64,000 nucleotides of DNA, taken from an uncultured delta proteobacterium (GTDB lineage: Bacteria > Myxococcota > Myxococcia > Myxococcales > Anaeromyxobacteraceae). The DNA lies in assembly GCA_963814585.1 (NCBI GenBank), contig CAWFDF010000004.1:64001-128000 (forward strand). The letters are read 5' to 3'. The translations under genes and the position numbers were made by a program. The first letter of the stretch is position 1, and every line of letters begins with the position of its first letter. This document shows positions 44,731-55,498 of the stretch, piece by piece. The notes below the pieces were generated by a model, which worked only from the letters and a program-made list of their open reading frames with translations, did not search any database and was not told the DNA's origin.

Positions 44731-46092
44731 GTGATCCCCCCGCTCGCCCTCACCGCGAACGACCTCGTCGGCGTCGGCGCCATCGCCGCCGTCCTGGTCC
44801 TGCTGGTCGCCGCCGGCGCCCGGGTGGCGCGGCGGAAGCGGCGCGAGTCGGCCGGTGCGCCGGCCGCCAGGATCACGCTCGAGGGCGTGAAGGGGAGCGG
44901 CGCCGCCGTCCCGCCCCCGCCGCCAGCGGCCGCGCCACCCGCCCCGCCTCGCCAGGTCAGCGCCGCCCCCGGTCCCACGCTGGACGAGGAGGCCCGCAAG
45001 GAGGCCTACCGCCAGAAGAAGGAGCAGGATCGGCTCGAGAGGGAGCGCAGGCGCCTGGAGCGCGAGGCGGCCGAGCAGCGCGCCCGCGAGGAGGCTGCCC
45101 GCGCCGCCGCCGAGGCCGAGGCGGCGCGGCAGGCCGAGCTGGAGGCGCAGCGGCGCAAGGCCCAGGCCGAGGCCGGCAAGACCCTCTCGGCCGGGCTGGA
45201 GAGGACCCGCGGCGGCTTCATGGCCCGGCTCAACGGCCTGCTCGGCGGTGGCCGGTCCATCGACGACTCGGTGCTCGCCGATCTCGAGGAGCTGCTCTTC
45301 TCGGCCGACATCGGCGTCACCACCGCCACCGCGCTGCTGGAGGCGGTGCGCGCCAAGGTCCGCGCCAAGGCGTTCTCGGATCCGGGCCAGGTGAGGCAGG
45401 CGCTCCGCGCCGAGATCGCCCGCATCCTCTCGCTCGGCGGCGCCGCCTCGACGCTGCCGCCCTTCGCGCCCGGCCAGGCCCGCCCTTGGGTGGTGATGGT
45501 GGTCGGCGTCAACGGCTCGGGCAAGACCACCACCGTCGGCAAGCTGGCCGCCAAGCTCAAGGCGGCTGGCCACTCGGTGCTGCTCGGAGCCGGCGACACC
45601 TTCCGCGCCGCCGCCGGCGAGCAGCTGGAGGTCTGGGCCAGCCGGGTGGGCGCGCCGGTGGTCCGCGGCAAGGAAGGAGCCGACCCCGCCAGCGTCTGCT
45701 TCGAGGCCGTCCAGCAGGGCGTGGCCTCCGGCGCCGACGTGGTGATCTGCGACACCGCCGGGCGGCTCCACACCAAGGCGCCGCTGATGGAGGAGCTCAA
45801 GAAGGTGAAGCGGGTCATCGCCAAGGCGGCGCCCGGCGCGCCCCACGAGGTCTTGCTGGTGCTCGACTCGACCAATGGCCAGAACGCCATCGCCCAGGCC
45901 CGCCAGTTCCACGAGGCGCTGCAGGTGACCGGGCTGGCGCTCACCAAGCTCGACGGCACCGCCAAGGGCGGCGTGATCATCGGCATCTGCGCCGAGCTGA
46001 AGCTGCCGGTCCGGTGGGTCGGGGTCGGCGAGGCGGTCTCCGACCTGCGAGCCTTCTCGCCGGACGAGTTCGTCGAGGCCCTCTTCGAATGA
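44731..46092 (+). CDS. ftsY: SRP receptor FtsY with N-terminal TM anchor
   Basis: [32 protein letters not shown]. Confidence 0.95.
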   Translation: MIPPLALTANDLVGVGAIAAVLVLLVAAGARVARRKRRESAGAPAARITLEGVKGSGAAVPPPPPAAAPPAPPRQVSAAPGPTLDEEARKEAYRQKKEQDRLERERRRLEREAAEQRAREEAARAAAEAEAARQAELEAQRRKAQAEAGKTLSAGLERTRGGFMARLNGLLGGGRSIDDSVLADLEELLFSADIGVTTATALLEAVRAKVRAKAFSDPGQVRQALRAEIARILSLGGAASTLPPFAPGQARPWVVMVVGVNGSGKTTTVGKLAAKLKAAGHSVLLGAGDTFRAAAGEQLEVWASRVGAPVVRGKEGADPASVCFEAVQQGVASGADVVICDTAGRLHTKAPLMEELKKVKRVIAKAAPGAPHEVLLVLDSTNGQNAIAQARQFHEALQVTGLALTKLDGTAKGGVIIGICAELKLPVRWVGVGEAVSDLRAFSPDEFVEALFE

Positions 46093-46793
46093 GCCGGTTC
46101 GCCGCCGTCCTCTTCGACATCGACGGCACGCTCCTGCGCGCCGGCGGGGCCGGGCGGCGCGCCTTCACCCGGGCCATGGAGGAGCTCACCGGGCCGGTGC
46201 CCGACGCGGTGGCCGAGATGCGCTTCGACGGCATGACCGACCGGCTCATCGTGCGCGAGGCGCTGGGCCTCGCCGGCCGCCGCTTCCAGGCGGCGCTGGC
46301 CGACGCCATCCTGGAGCGCTACCTCGTGCACCTGCCGGGCGAGCTCGACTCGCCCGCCTTCCGAGTCCTGCCGGGCGCCGCCGTCACCCTGGAGCGGCTG
46401 CGTGGGCGCGGCGCCTCGCTCGGCCTCTGCACCGGGAACCTCGCCCTCGGCGCCAGGCTCAAGCTGCGCCATGCCGGCCTCGACGGCTTCTTCGACTGGT
46501 CGCCAGCCGGGGCGCACGGCTTCGCCGAGGACGGCGAGGCGCGGTCCCGGCTGGTGGCGGCGGCGGTGGCCAGGGTGTCGGCGGCGCTGGCGCGGGCGGT
46601 GGCCCCGGCCGAGGTGCTGATCGTCGGCGACACGCCGCGCGACGTCGAGGCCGCGCGCGAGGTCGGCTGCGCGGTGCTCTGCGTCGCCACCGGAAACTAC
46701 GACGCCGCCGCGCTGGCGGCCTGGCGCCCCGACGCCCTGGCCGAGTCGCTCGAGCACGCCGAGGCGCAGCGCCTGCTCGGCCTGGGAGCTTGA
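46089..46793 (+). CDS. HAD-family hydrolase
   Basis: LFDIDGTL, CTGN, IVGDTPRDV. Confidence 0.9.
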   Translation: MSRFAAVLFDIDGTLLRAGGAGRRAFTRAMEELTGPVPDAVAEMRFDGMTDRLIVREALGLAGRRFQAALADAILERYLVHLPGELDSPAFRVLPGAAVTLERLRGRGASLGLCTGNLALGARLKLRHAGLDGFFDWSPAGAHGFAEDGEARSRLVAAAVARVSAALARAVAPAEVLIVGDTPRDVEAAREVGCAVLCVATGNYDAAALAAWRPDALAESLEHAEAQRLLGLGA

Positions 46794-47311
46794 GCGTGGA
46801 CCCCTCCACCGCTCCCGCGCCCGCGCTGGCCGGCACCTCGCGGCTCTCGGTGGCCGAGGCGACCCGCGCGGCGCTGGACGCCCTGCAGGCCTGCCTCGAC
46901 GGCTGCCCCGACTACTTCGCCAGGACCGAGGGGGCCCCGGCGGGCCGGGATGCGGCCGCCCACCTGCTCGAGGAGGCCGAGGCCGACCCGCTGCGGCGGG
47001 TCTACCTCTTCTCGCTGAGGCGCTCCGGCGCGCCGGCGGCGCTGCTCGACCTGTGGCTCGACCAGCCGGAGCCTGGAACGGCCCACCTCGGCCTCCTGCT
47101 GGTGCGCGAGGCGCTGCAGGGACAGGGGCTGGGGCGCGAGGCGGTCGCGGCGCTGGAGGCGGCGCTGGGCGACGCCGGCTGCGCGGCGCTCCGGCTCTCC
47201 GTGACCGACGAGAACCGCGAGGTCGATGGGTTCTGGACTCGGCTCGGCTTCGCCACGGTGGGCCGCCTCGAGGGCGGCGTCACCGTGTACGAGAAGCCGC
47301 TGCGCGGCTGA
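46790..47311 (+). CDS. GNAT-family N-acetyltransferase
   Basis: HLGLLLV..QGQGLG, N...FWTRLGF. Confidence 0.85.
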   Translation: MSVDPSTAPAPALAGTSRLSVAEATRAALDALQACLDGCPDYFARTEGAPAGRDAAAHLLEEAEADPLRRVYLFSLRRSGAPAALLDLWLDQPEPGTAHLGLLLVREALQGQGLGREAVAALEAALGDAGCAALRLSVTDENREVDGFWTRLGFATVGRLEGGVTVYEKPLRG

Positions 47312-47400
47312 TGCGCAGCGGACCGCCTTCGCCGCTGCGCGGCTGATGCGCAGCGGACCGCCTTCGCCGCTGCGCGGCTGATGCGAAGCGGTCCGCCCGT
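47296..47400. repeat. 35-bp tandem repeat x3, each unit with a 9-bp-stem palindrome
   Basis: GCCGCTGCGCGGCTGATGCGCAGCGGACCGCCTTC at 47296 and 47331 (identical), variant at 47366; stem CCGCTGCGC/GCGCAGCGG; between convergent genes. Confidence 0.9.
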
Positions 47401-47418
47401 GCCGCTTCGTGGCCGAGG

Positions 47419-48927
47419 CTACTCGACGGTGGCGGCCGGCGTGAAGACGCGGGCCCAGCGGACGACCGAGCCGCGCAGCCCCTCGTAGATCGAGGTGAGC
47501 GCCACGTAGCCGAAGCCGACCTGGAAGAGCACCAGGAACGGGATCGAGTAGTAGACCTCGCGCTCGATCAGGTAGGCGATGCCGTAGGTCATGTAGGCCG
47601 CCAGCCCCAGCTCGACCAGCGGCTGGAAGGTGGCCAGGGCCCGGTAGGCGCCTCGCGAGGCCTTCCGGGTCACCGGGCCGCCCACGCCCGCCTTGGGGGT
47701 GCGGACGAAGCCGGTCTCGTAGCCCATCAATGCCTCGATCACCGCCCGGGCGTTGTTCACCGAGAGGCCGATGCCGAGCGCCATCACGAAGGGCAGGTGC
47801 TTGATCCGCTGCCACCACGAGGCGCCCTGCTCGGCCTGGCTGATGGCGTAGAACATCAGCACCGAGAGGGTCGCCAGCACCGAGAACGGCAGGTCGACCA
47901 GCAGCACCTCGAACCAGCCATGGGAGACCCGGACCACGCAGGAGACCGGCAGCAGGATCGAGAGTGGGATCATCACCACCCAGGCGATGTTGGCGGTCAG
48001 GTGGAAGAAGGCCTCCTTCCTCTGCTCCGGCGGCAGGCCGGCCTGGCGCAGCATCGGCCAGAGCTTGAGCGCCACCTGGATCGAGCCCTTGGCCCAGCGG
48101 TGCTGCTGCGCCTTGAAGGCGTTCATGTCCTCCGGCAGCTCGGCGGGCGCGACCACGTCGGGCAGGAAGACGAAGCGCCAGCCCTTCACCTGGGTCCGGT
48201 AGGAGAGGTCCAGGTCCTCGGTGAGCGTGTCGTGCTGCCAGCCGCCGCCGTCGACGATGGCGGCGTGGCGCCACATCCCGGCGGTGCCGTTGAAGTTGAA
48301 GAAGCGGCCGGACCGGCTGCGCGCCGAGTGCTCCACCATGAAGTGGCCGTCGAGGAAGATGGCCTGCGCCCGGGTCAGCAGCGAGTGGTCCCGGTTGATG
48401 TGGCCCCAGCGGGCCTGCACCACGGCGACCTTCGGATCGGTGAAGTGGTGGATGGAGCGGAGCAGGTAGTCAGCGGGGGGCAGGAAGTCGGCGTCGAAGA
48501 CGGCGACGAACTCACCCTTGGAGGTGGTCAGGCCGTGCTCCAGCGCACCTGCCTTGTAGCCCTGCCGGTTGACCCGGTGGATGTAGACGATATCGAGGCC
48601 CGTGGCCTTCCAGCGCTCCACCGCGGCGCGGGCGATCCCCTGCGTCTCGTCGGTGGAGTCGTCCAGCACCTGGATCTCGAGCTTCTCGCGCGGGTAGTCG
48701 AGGGCGCAGACGGCGTCGATGACCCGCTCGGCGACGCAGAGCTCGTTGAACATCGGCAGCTGGACGGTGACCCGCGGCAGCTCCGCGAACCGCCCGGCCG
48801 GCGTCGGCAGCCGGTACTTGTGCCGGTAGTGCAGGTAGGCCATCCGGATCCGGTGGGACCCGTAGACCGACAGGACCAGCAGCAGCAGCGAGTAGGCGAC
48901 GAAGACCGACAACTCCAGAGTACTCAT
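47419..48927 (-). CDS. Processive GT2 glycosyltransferase (cellulose-synthase-like)
   Basis: QVLDDS, KAGAL, FDADF, TEDLD, QQHRW (QxxRW), C-terminal TMs. Confidence 0.9.
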   Translation of the reverse strand: MSTLELSVFVAYSLLLLVLSVYGSHRIRMAYLHYRHKYRLPTPAGRFAELPRVTVQLPMFNELCVAERVIDAVCALDYPREKLEIQVLDDSTDETQGIARAAVERWKATGLDIVYIHRVNRQGYKAGALEHGLTTSKGEFVAVFDADFLPPADYLLRSIHHFTDPKVAVVQARWGHINRDHSLLTRAQAIFLDGHFMVEHSARSRSGRFFNFNGTAGMWRHAAIVDGGGWQHDTLTEDLDLSYRTQVKGWRFVFLPDVVAPAELPEDMNAFKAQQHRWAKGSIQVALKLWPMLRQAGLPPEQRKEAFFHLTANIAWVVMIPLSILLPVSCVVRVSHGWFEVLLVDLPFSVLATLSVLMFYAISQAEQGASWWQRIKHLPFVMALGIGLSVNNARAVIEALMGYETGFVRTPKAGVGGPVTRKASRGAYRALATFQPLVELGLAAYMTYGIAYLIEREVYYSIPFLVLFQVGFGYVALTSIYEGLRGSVVRWARVFTPAATVE

Positions 48928-49032
48928 GAATGCCCTATGCGCGTCGGCTCGCCATGGGCGGCCTCCTCGCTCAATCCAGAAGCAGGTGGGTGTGGCGTCG
49001 ACCTTCTGGACAGCAAGACCGAGGCCGCGCGT

Positions 49033-49060
49033 ACTCTACTCATCCAGACCGAAAAGTCAA
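49033..49060 (-). promoter_or_regulatory. sigma70-type promoter of the GT2 gene
   Basis: Minus strand TTGACT-N16-TAGAGT in an AT-rich patch. Confidence 0.5.
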
Positions 49061-49157
49061 ACCGGCAAGCCATTGAAAACAATGCGCTTTTGGCGCCTGT
49101 GGCGCGCGTCGGGTGCCGCGATCCGCCCTCGCTGCCCGGAAGGCGGGCAGTCCCCCG

Positions 49158-50468
49158 CTACCTCACCGGCACCGCGGGGGTGCCCGGCGCCTGCTCGCTG
49201 GCCTTGAAGAGGTCGACCGCCTTCAGGTAGTCGAGCGCCGTCCGGAGCTGGTAGTCCTCCCCCGCCCCCTGCGCCGCCGTCCTGGACCGGTCGCCGGAGT
49301 CACCGTGGGGAGGTCGCTTCGGGTCCTTCTCCACGGCCCCGTCCTCGCGCGGCGGGGGCGAGGCGTCGGCCACCAGCACGTCGGGGGTGATCCCCAGCTC
49401 CTGGATGGAGCGGTGGCGGGGCGTGTAGTACCGGGCCACCGTCAGCTTCAGGCCGGAGCCGTCCTCCAGGTCGATGATCGACTGGACCGAGCCCTTTCCG
49501 AAGGTCTGCGTCCCCATGATCACGGCGCGCCGGTGGTCCTGCAGGGCGCCGGCCACGATCTCGCTGGCGCTGGCCGTCCCCCTGTTGACCAGCACGATGA
49601 GCGGGTAGCCGGGCTCGGTGTCCTTCTCGTGCGCCTTCTCCACCTCGACGGTGCGCCGGTTGCGCCCCTCGGTGGTGACGATGGTCCCGCCGGCGAGGAA
49701 GGCGTCGGCCACGCGGACCGCCTGGTCGAGCAGGCCCCCCGGATCGTTTCGCAGGTCGAGCACCAGCCCGCGCAGGTCGCCCCGCACCGCCGTGCGCGCG
49801 TCGTCGAGCGCCCGCCGCAGCGCCCGGTCGGTCCGATCCTGGAAGGCCTTGATCCGGACGTAGGCGTAGCGGTGCGGTGCGTCCAGCACCCGCCACTCCA
49901 CGCTCTGCATGCGGATCCGGTCCCGCAGCAGCGTCAGCCGCTGTGGCCCCGAGAAGCCGTCTCGCATCACCTCCAGCACCACCTTGCTCCCGAGCGGTCC
50001 CTTGAGGCGCCGTCCCGCCTCGGCCAGCGAGAGCTCGCGGGTGGAGGTCCCGTCGATGGAGAGGAGGCGATCGCCGGGGAGGATGCCGGCCCGCTCGCCG
50101 GGCGAGTCGGCCATGGGAGAGATGACCACCAGCTGGTCGTTCCGGATGGCCAGCTCGAGCCCGAGCCCGTCGAACTCGCCGCTGGTCTCGTCGCGCACGG
50201 CCCTGTAGAGCTCCGGCCGCATGAACACGGAGTGTGGGTCGAGCTGGCCCATCATCCCCTCGATGGCGCCGTAGACCAGGTCCTCCGGCCTGCGCTCCTC
50301 GACGTAGCTGTTCTCGACGTGGCCCAGCACCGCCGCGAAGGTGTCCAGTGGCCGGGCCCGGTCCGGCCTCCGGGCCGCCAGCGCCACCTGGTCGAAGGAG
50401 AGTCCCGCCAGGAAGGCGGCGCCGATGGGGAGCGCGGCGAGGAGGCCCCGGACGAGCTTCGTGCGCAT
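49158..50468 (-). CDS. ctpA: S41 carboxyl-terminal processing protease (CtpA-like)
   Basis: LDPHS, PDZ, LDLRNDPGG, ASASEIVAGALQD, TFGKGSVQ. Confidence 0.9.
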   Translation of the reverse strand: MRTKLVRGLLAALPIGAAFLAGLSFDQVALAARRPDRARPLDTFAAVLGHVENSYVEERRPEDLVYGAIEGMMGQLDPHSVFMRPELYRAVRDETSGEFDGLGLELAIRNDQLVVISPMADSPGERAGILPGDRLLSIDGTSTRELSLAEAGRRLKGPLGSKVVLEVMRDGFSGPQRLTLLRDRIRMQSVEWRVLDAPHRYAYVRIKAFQDRTDRALRRALDDARTAVRGDLRGLVLDLRNDPGGLLDQAVRVADAFLAGGTIVTTEGRNRRTVEVEKAHEKDTEPGYPLIVLVNRGTASASEIVAGALQDHRRAVIMGTQTFGKGSVQSIIDLEDGSGLKLTVARYYTPRHRSIQELGITPDVLVADASPPPREDGAVEKDPKRPPHGDSGDRSRTAAQGAGEDYQLRTALDYLKAVDLFKASEQAPGTPAVPVR

Positions 50469-50514
50469 CCCGGCAGTCTACCGCGGCTCGGTCGCCCAGG
50501 GCGCGGCACTACGG

Positions 50515-51630
50515 TCAGGGCACGGGCTCCAGCCACGGGCGCGGATCGACCGGGCGCCCCTTCTCGCGCAGCTCGAAGTAGAGGTAGGCGCCCTTCAGGG
50601 ACCCGGAGTCCCCGACCGTGCCGACCAGGTCGCCGGTGGTCACCTCCTCGCCCATGGCCGTGCTCATCGAGGCCAGGTGGGCCACCAGCGTGTGGTAGCC
50701 ATCGCCGTGGTCCACGATGAGCAGGTTGCCGTACCCCTTGAACCAGCCGGCGTGGACCACCCGGCCCGGCGCCACCGCCATCACCGGGGCGCCGGCCGGC
50801 GCCTCGACGTCGAGCCCGCGCTGCATGGTCACCGTGTTGAACTTGGGGTTGACGACCTTGCCGAAGGCGACGGTGATGGTGCCGGGCGTGGGGAGCCGCA
50901 GCTTCCCCTTGCGCGTGGCGAAGCCGCCGCCGGCGCTCCGCGCCTCGCCACGCGCCGGCAGCGTGGCCACGAAGGCGGCCAGCGCGCGGGCCTGGGTGGC
51001 CGCCTCGGCGGCGGCCCGCTCGTGGACCCCCCGCGAGATCCGCAGCGCCGCCAGCAAGGCCTCCCGCTCCTGGCGCCGGGCCCGGGCCTGCTGGCCCGCC
51101 TCGGCGAGTGACGCCGCCGCCGCCGCCAGCCTGGCCGCCTCCACCTCCCGCCCGGCGCGGGCCCGGTCGCGCCCGGTCCAGGCCTCCCGCGCCTCGGAGA
51201 CCATCACGGCGTCGCGCCGCAGGATCCGATCGAGGAGGGCGCGCCGCTTCACCAGCTCGGTGAAGGACGGCGCCGAGAGCAAGACCCCCAGCTCACCGGC
51301 CCGTCCCATCCGCGCCCGCGCCGACAGGCGGGGACGCAGCTCGCCGAGCCGGGCGTCGAGGCGGCCCGCCGCCACCGCCTCTGCGGCCCCGGCCTCGGCC
51401 AGCGCCAGCTCGGCGGCGCTCCGCGCCTGCTCCACGTGGGCCAGCTCCTGCTGCGATCGCCCCACCGCCTCCTCGGCCCGCTGCAGCTCGTCGAGGACGG
51501 AGCGCTCCTGGTCGGCCAGCAGCCGCGCCGCCATCGCCTCGGCCTCGCGCCGACGCTCCAGCGTGGAGAGCCGCGTCCTCGGGTCCGCGGCGAGGAGGAC
51601 GGCGAGCGCGGCGAGGGCGAGCGAGGGCAC
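50515..51630 (-). CDS. envC: EnvC-like murein hydrolase activator (coiled coil + degenerate M23)
   Basis: Coiled coil; GLDVEAP, GYGNLLIVDHG, YLYFELR (HxH replaced); follows ftsEX. Confidence 0.8.
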   Translation of the reverse strand: MPSLALAALAVLLAADPRTRLSTLERRREAEAMAARLLADQERSVLDELQRAEEAVGRSQQELAHVEQARSAAELALAEAGAAEAVAAGRLDARLGELRPRLSARARMGRAGELGVLLSAPSFTELVKRRALLDRILRRDAVMVSEAREAWTGRDRARAGREVEAARLAAAAASLAEAGQQARARRQEREALLAALRISRGVHERAAAEAATQARALAAFVATLPARGEARSAGGGFATRKGKLRLPTPGTITVAFGKVVNPKFNTVTMQRGLDVEAPAGAPVMAVAPGRVVHAGWFKGYGNLLIVDHGDGYHTLVAHLASMSTAMGEEVTTGDLVGTVGDSGSLKGAYLYFELREKGRPVDPRPWLEPVP

Positions 51631-51633
51631 GCG

Positions 51634-52523
51634 TCAGGCCCGGCGCAAGAAGCGGAGGATGGCCAGCCCGCTGGCGACCAGCCCGATGGCCACGCCGCCG
51701 CCCACCACCCCGAGCAGCAGCGGCCAGGGCAGCACGGCGCCGGGCGGGAGCGCCGCCAGCGGCCCGAGGGCCGCGGCCAGGCGCGGCAGGAGCGCGGCGT
51801 CCAGCCCGAGCAGCGCGGCCGCCGCCAGGCCGCCCGCCAGCGCGCCCTGGAGCACCCCCTCCAGCAGGAACGGTGCCCCCACGAAGGCGTCGGTCGCGCC
51901 GACCAGCTTCATGATCTCGATCTCCTCCCGCCGGGCGTAGACCGCCAGCCGGAGCGTGTTGGAGACCAGGACCGCGGTGGCCAGGGCGAGCAGGAGGAGC
52001 AGCGCCAGCCCGGCCACGCGGGTCCTCCGCAGGAAGCCGTCCAGCCGCTCCAGCCAGGCCGCGCCGTAGTCGACCTCGGCCGCGCCCGGCACCTCGCGCA
52101 GGCGGCGTGCCAGGGCGCGGGCCTCCTCGAGCGTGATCCCCGGGGCCGCCACCTCCACGCAGTCGGGGATGGCGTCGGCCCCGACGCCGTCCAGCAGCCC
52201 GGCCTCCTCACCGAGCCCCTTCGCCAGCCGCCGCAGCCCCTCCGCCGCCGGCACCGCCTCGACCTGGCGCCCGGGCGCCAGCGCCGCCACCGCGGCCTCC
52301 GCCTGGGCCAGGTCGGCGCCGCGGGTGAGGTAGACGGAGACGCGCACCTCGCCGGCCCAGGCCTTCAGCAGCTGCTCGGCGGTGGAGAGCGCGGCGGCGG
52401 CCAGGCCGATGGAGAGGACCGCCACCAGGATGGTCCCGGTGCCGGTGAGCGTCACGTACGGGGTTCGCGCCATGGCGGTGACGGCGCGGCGGAAGGCCTC
52501 GACGGGGCGGCGCAGCATGGCGC

Positions 52524-52527
<4 letters not shown>
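51634..52527 (-). CDS. ftsX: Cell division permease FtsX
   Basis: 4 TMs; NTLRLAVYARREEIEIMKLVGATDAFV..PFLLEG. Confidence 0.92.
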
Positions 52528-53210
<683 letters not shown>

Positions 53211-53225
53211 CGGCGGCGCCCCGGC

Positions 53226-53795
53226 CTACCTGCGGTCGCCCATGTCCTCGGCCAGGTAGGAGAGGATCACCTCGTCGAGGCTCTTCTCGCTGATCAGGTC
53301 CTCGCCGAAGAGGGTCTCGGCGCCGTCGTTGCGGAGCACCGGCGCCGGCTCCTGCCGCGCCGCCAGCACCTCGGGCGGGAGCGGCCTGGCGGGCGCGGGC
53401 TGGACCGCCTTGACGCCGCCGCGGGTCTCGACCCGCATCGAGGGCTGCAGCTGGACGGTCCGGCCGTCGGCCTGGATCTCGCCCGGCTGGAAGGACGTCG
53501 CCTGCGCCGCGTAGGCCTCGCCGACGTCGTCGTAGACGCCGTTGATGAGGTTGCGCAGCATCTCCTTGTGCTGCTCCTCCATCAGCTCCCGCACCACCGC
53601 GGCGAGGTTGTCGGCGCCGACGATGTCGGCGTAGGAGGTCTTCTTCGAGGCGAGGATGTTGCCGCCGACGAAGAGGTGCGTGATCAGGTGGGGGTTCTCC
53701 AGGCCCGAGTCCTCGGTCTGGATGTGGTACATCTTCCCCTTGTGCTTGATGTTGTGGTTGAAGCCCACAACCATCTTCTTCACGTCGCCGGCCAT
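53226..53795 (-). CDS. Hypothetical protein
   Basis: Well-formed ORF (GFNHNIKHKGKMYHIQTEDSG...; acidic tail SLDEVILSYL) between murI and ftsE. Confidence 0.8.
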   Translation of the reverse strand: MAGDVKKMVVGFNHNIKHKGKMYHIQTEDSGLENPHLITHLFVGGNILASKKTSYADIVGADNLAAVVRELMEEQHKEMLRNLINGVYDDVGEAYAAQATSFQPGEIQADGRTVQLQPSMRVETRGGVKAVQPAPARPLPPEVLAARQEPAPVLRNDGAETLFGEDLISEKSLDEVILSYLAEDMGDRR

Positions 53796-53858
53796 TGGCC
53801 ACGGACTGTAGCAGCGCCTCCGGGGGTTCGCCAGACGGCGGCCGGGCGCCGCGGGCCA

Positions 53859-54638
53859 CTAGACGTCGACGTGCTCGGCCGCTTCGACGGGCCGCCCCAG
53901 GAAGCGCCCGGCCACCGCCAGGAACTTCTCCGGCGTGTCGGTCACCAGGAAGAGGTGGGTGGCGGCCAGGCCCGTCGGGGCCGGGAGGAGCGCCTTCACC
54001 TCCGCCGCCACCGTCTCGGCGGAGTCGACCAGCGTCACCCCCGGCAGCTCCGCCGCGATGGCCGCCCGGAGCAGCGGGTAGTGGGTGCAGCCGAGCACCA
54101 GCGTGTCGACCCGCCCCGCCGCCAGGGGCGCCAGGTAGCGCCGCACCACGCCGCGCACCAGCTCGTCGGAGGGATCGGTCCAGCCCTCCTCGGCCAGCGG
54201 CACGAAGAGCGGGCAGGCCCGCGCCACCACCTCGACGTCGGCGCGCAGCCCCCGCAGCGCCGCCTGGTAGGCGCCCGAGCCGATGGTCCCGGCCGTGCCG
54301 ATGACGCCGATCCGGCCATTCCGCGTCGCCCTCACCGCGGCCCGCGCGCCCGGCTCCACCACCCCCAGCACCGGCACCGGCAGCGCCGCCCGCAGCGCCG
54401 GAAGCGCCACGGCCGAGGCGGTGTTGCAGGCCACCACCAGCAGGTCGATGCCGCGCGCCTCCAGCACCCGGGCGTTGCGGAGCGAGTACTGGGTGACGGT
54501 GGCGGCCGACTTGGTGCCGTAGGGGACCCGGGCGGTGTCGCCGAGGTAGATGGTGTCGGCGCCGGGCAGGGCCTCGAGCAGCGCCCGCTGCACGGTGAGG
54601 CCGCCGACGCCGGAGTCGAAGATACCGATGCGTGCCAT
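53859..54638 (-). CDS. murI: Glutamate racemase
   Basis: IGIFDSGVGGLTV, PYGTKS, VACNTAS, LGCTHYP. Confidence 0.95.
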   Translation of the reverse strand: MARIGIFDSGVGGLTVQRALLEALPGADTIYLGDTARVPYGTKSAATVTQYSLRNARVLEARGIDLLVVACNTASAVALPALRAALPVPVLGVVEPGARAAVRATRNGRIGVIGTAGTIGSGAYQAALRGLRADVEVVARACPLFVPLAEEGWTDPSDELVRGVVRRYLAPLAAGRVDTLVLGCTHYPLLRAAIAAELPGVTLVDSAETVAAEVKALLPAPTGLAATHLFLVTDTPEKFLAVAGRFLGRPVEAAEHVDV

Positions 54639-54709
54639 GCGGGCGCGCACTCTACCCGAAGCGCGAGGCGCGCGGTGAGGCCGCGCGACGAGGGGGCGCC
54701 GCGATGGCG

Positions 54710-55448
54710 CTACGGGTAGACCGGGCAGGCCTGCGGGGCCACGGTGTTGTCCGCGAGGACCACGGACAGGAAGGCGACCCCGGGAGAGGCGACGTCGAAG
54801 GGCGCCTGGACGCAGGCCTGCTGGACCGCGGTGGGCGCGGTGAGCGGGTTCACCACCTCCTGGATCCAGGCCAGCGTGTAGGTGCCGAAGGGGACCGGGA
54901 ACTCGAGCGGCGTGCCGCCGCCGCCGCTGTCCCAGCAGCCGTAGTACTCCTTCCAGGCGGGATCGCTCTGCGCGTCGACGACGGAGATGTAGTCCTGTGC
55001 CACCTCGTCGTAGAGCGCGAACCACATGGATCCGCCGTGACAGACGTCCGGCACGAAGTGGTAGTCGATGTTGAGCAGCGCCTCGCCCAGCACCGGGGCG
55101 GCGTAGAAGTCGCCGCACTCGCCCACCGTCACGCTGAACGGCAGGGAGCGATCGTAGATGAGGCCGTCCGAGCCGATCCCCTCGACCGTGACCGGGTAGA
55201 CGCCCGGCGCGAAGCCGGCCACGTCGAGCACCGCGAGGCCGGCGACGCAGTCGAAGCGCCAGCTCCCGGAGGTCCCGTCGAAGTAGATGTCGACGAAGGC
55301 CACCCCCGCCTGGGCGCAGCTCCACGGGGTCCCAGTTCACGTCCCGCAGCTCCCAGCGGATGGTGGTGGTCGGGTAGTCGCAGGTGCTGGAGACGCAGCC
55401 GCCGAGGAGCGGCAGGAGGGCGGCGGCGAGGAGGGCGGGCTTGTTCAT
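54710..55448 (-). CDS. Cys-rich lipoprotein of unknown function (frameshift near 55,325)
   Basis: MNKPALLAAALLPLLGG|C lipobox; continues in the frame of ORF 54710-55303; SD GGAG. Confidence 0.7.
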
Positions 55449-55498
55449 GGGCGGTCTCCGTGGACATCGATCGGACGCGGCCGGTGGCCTGGGAATTC

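Noticed and set aside
47296..47400. Possible mini CRISPR array
   Set aside because: Units are contiguous with no unique spacers, no AT-rich leader and no cas genes
54669..54687. Hairpin CGCGCGG-TGAGG-CCGCGCG as an intrinsic terminator
   Set aside because: Short GC stem with no U-tract; common by chance at this GC content
53859..55448. 529-aa lipoprotein-signal/MurI fusion ORF
   Set aside because: Caused by the frameshift in the lipoprotein gene; the middle is nonsense-like and MurI has its own ATG at 54638
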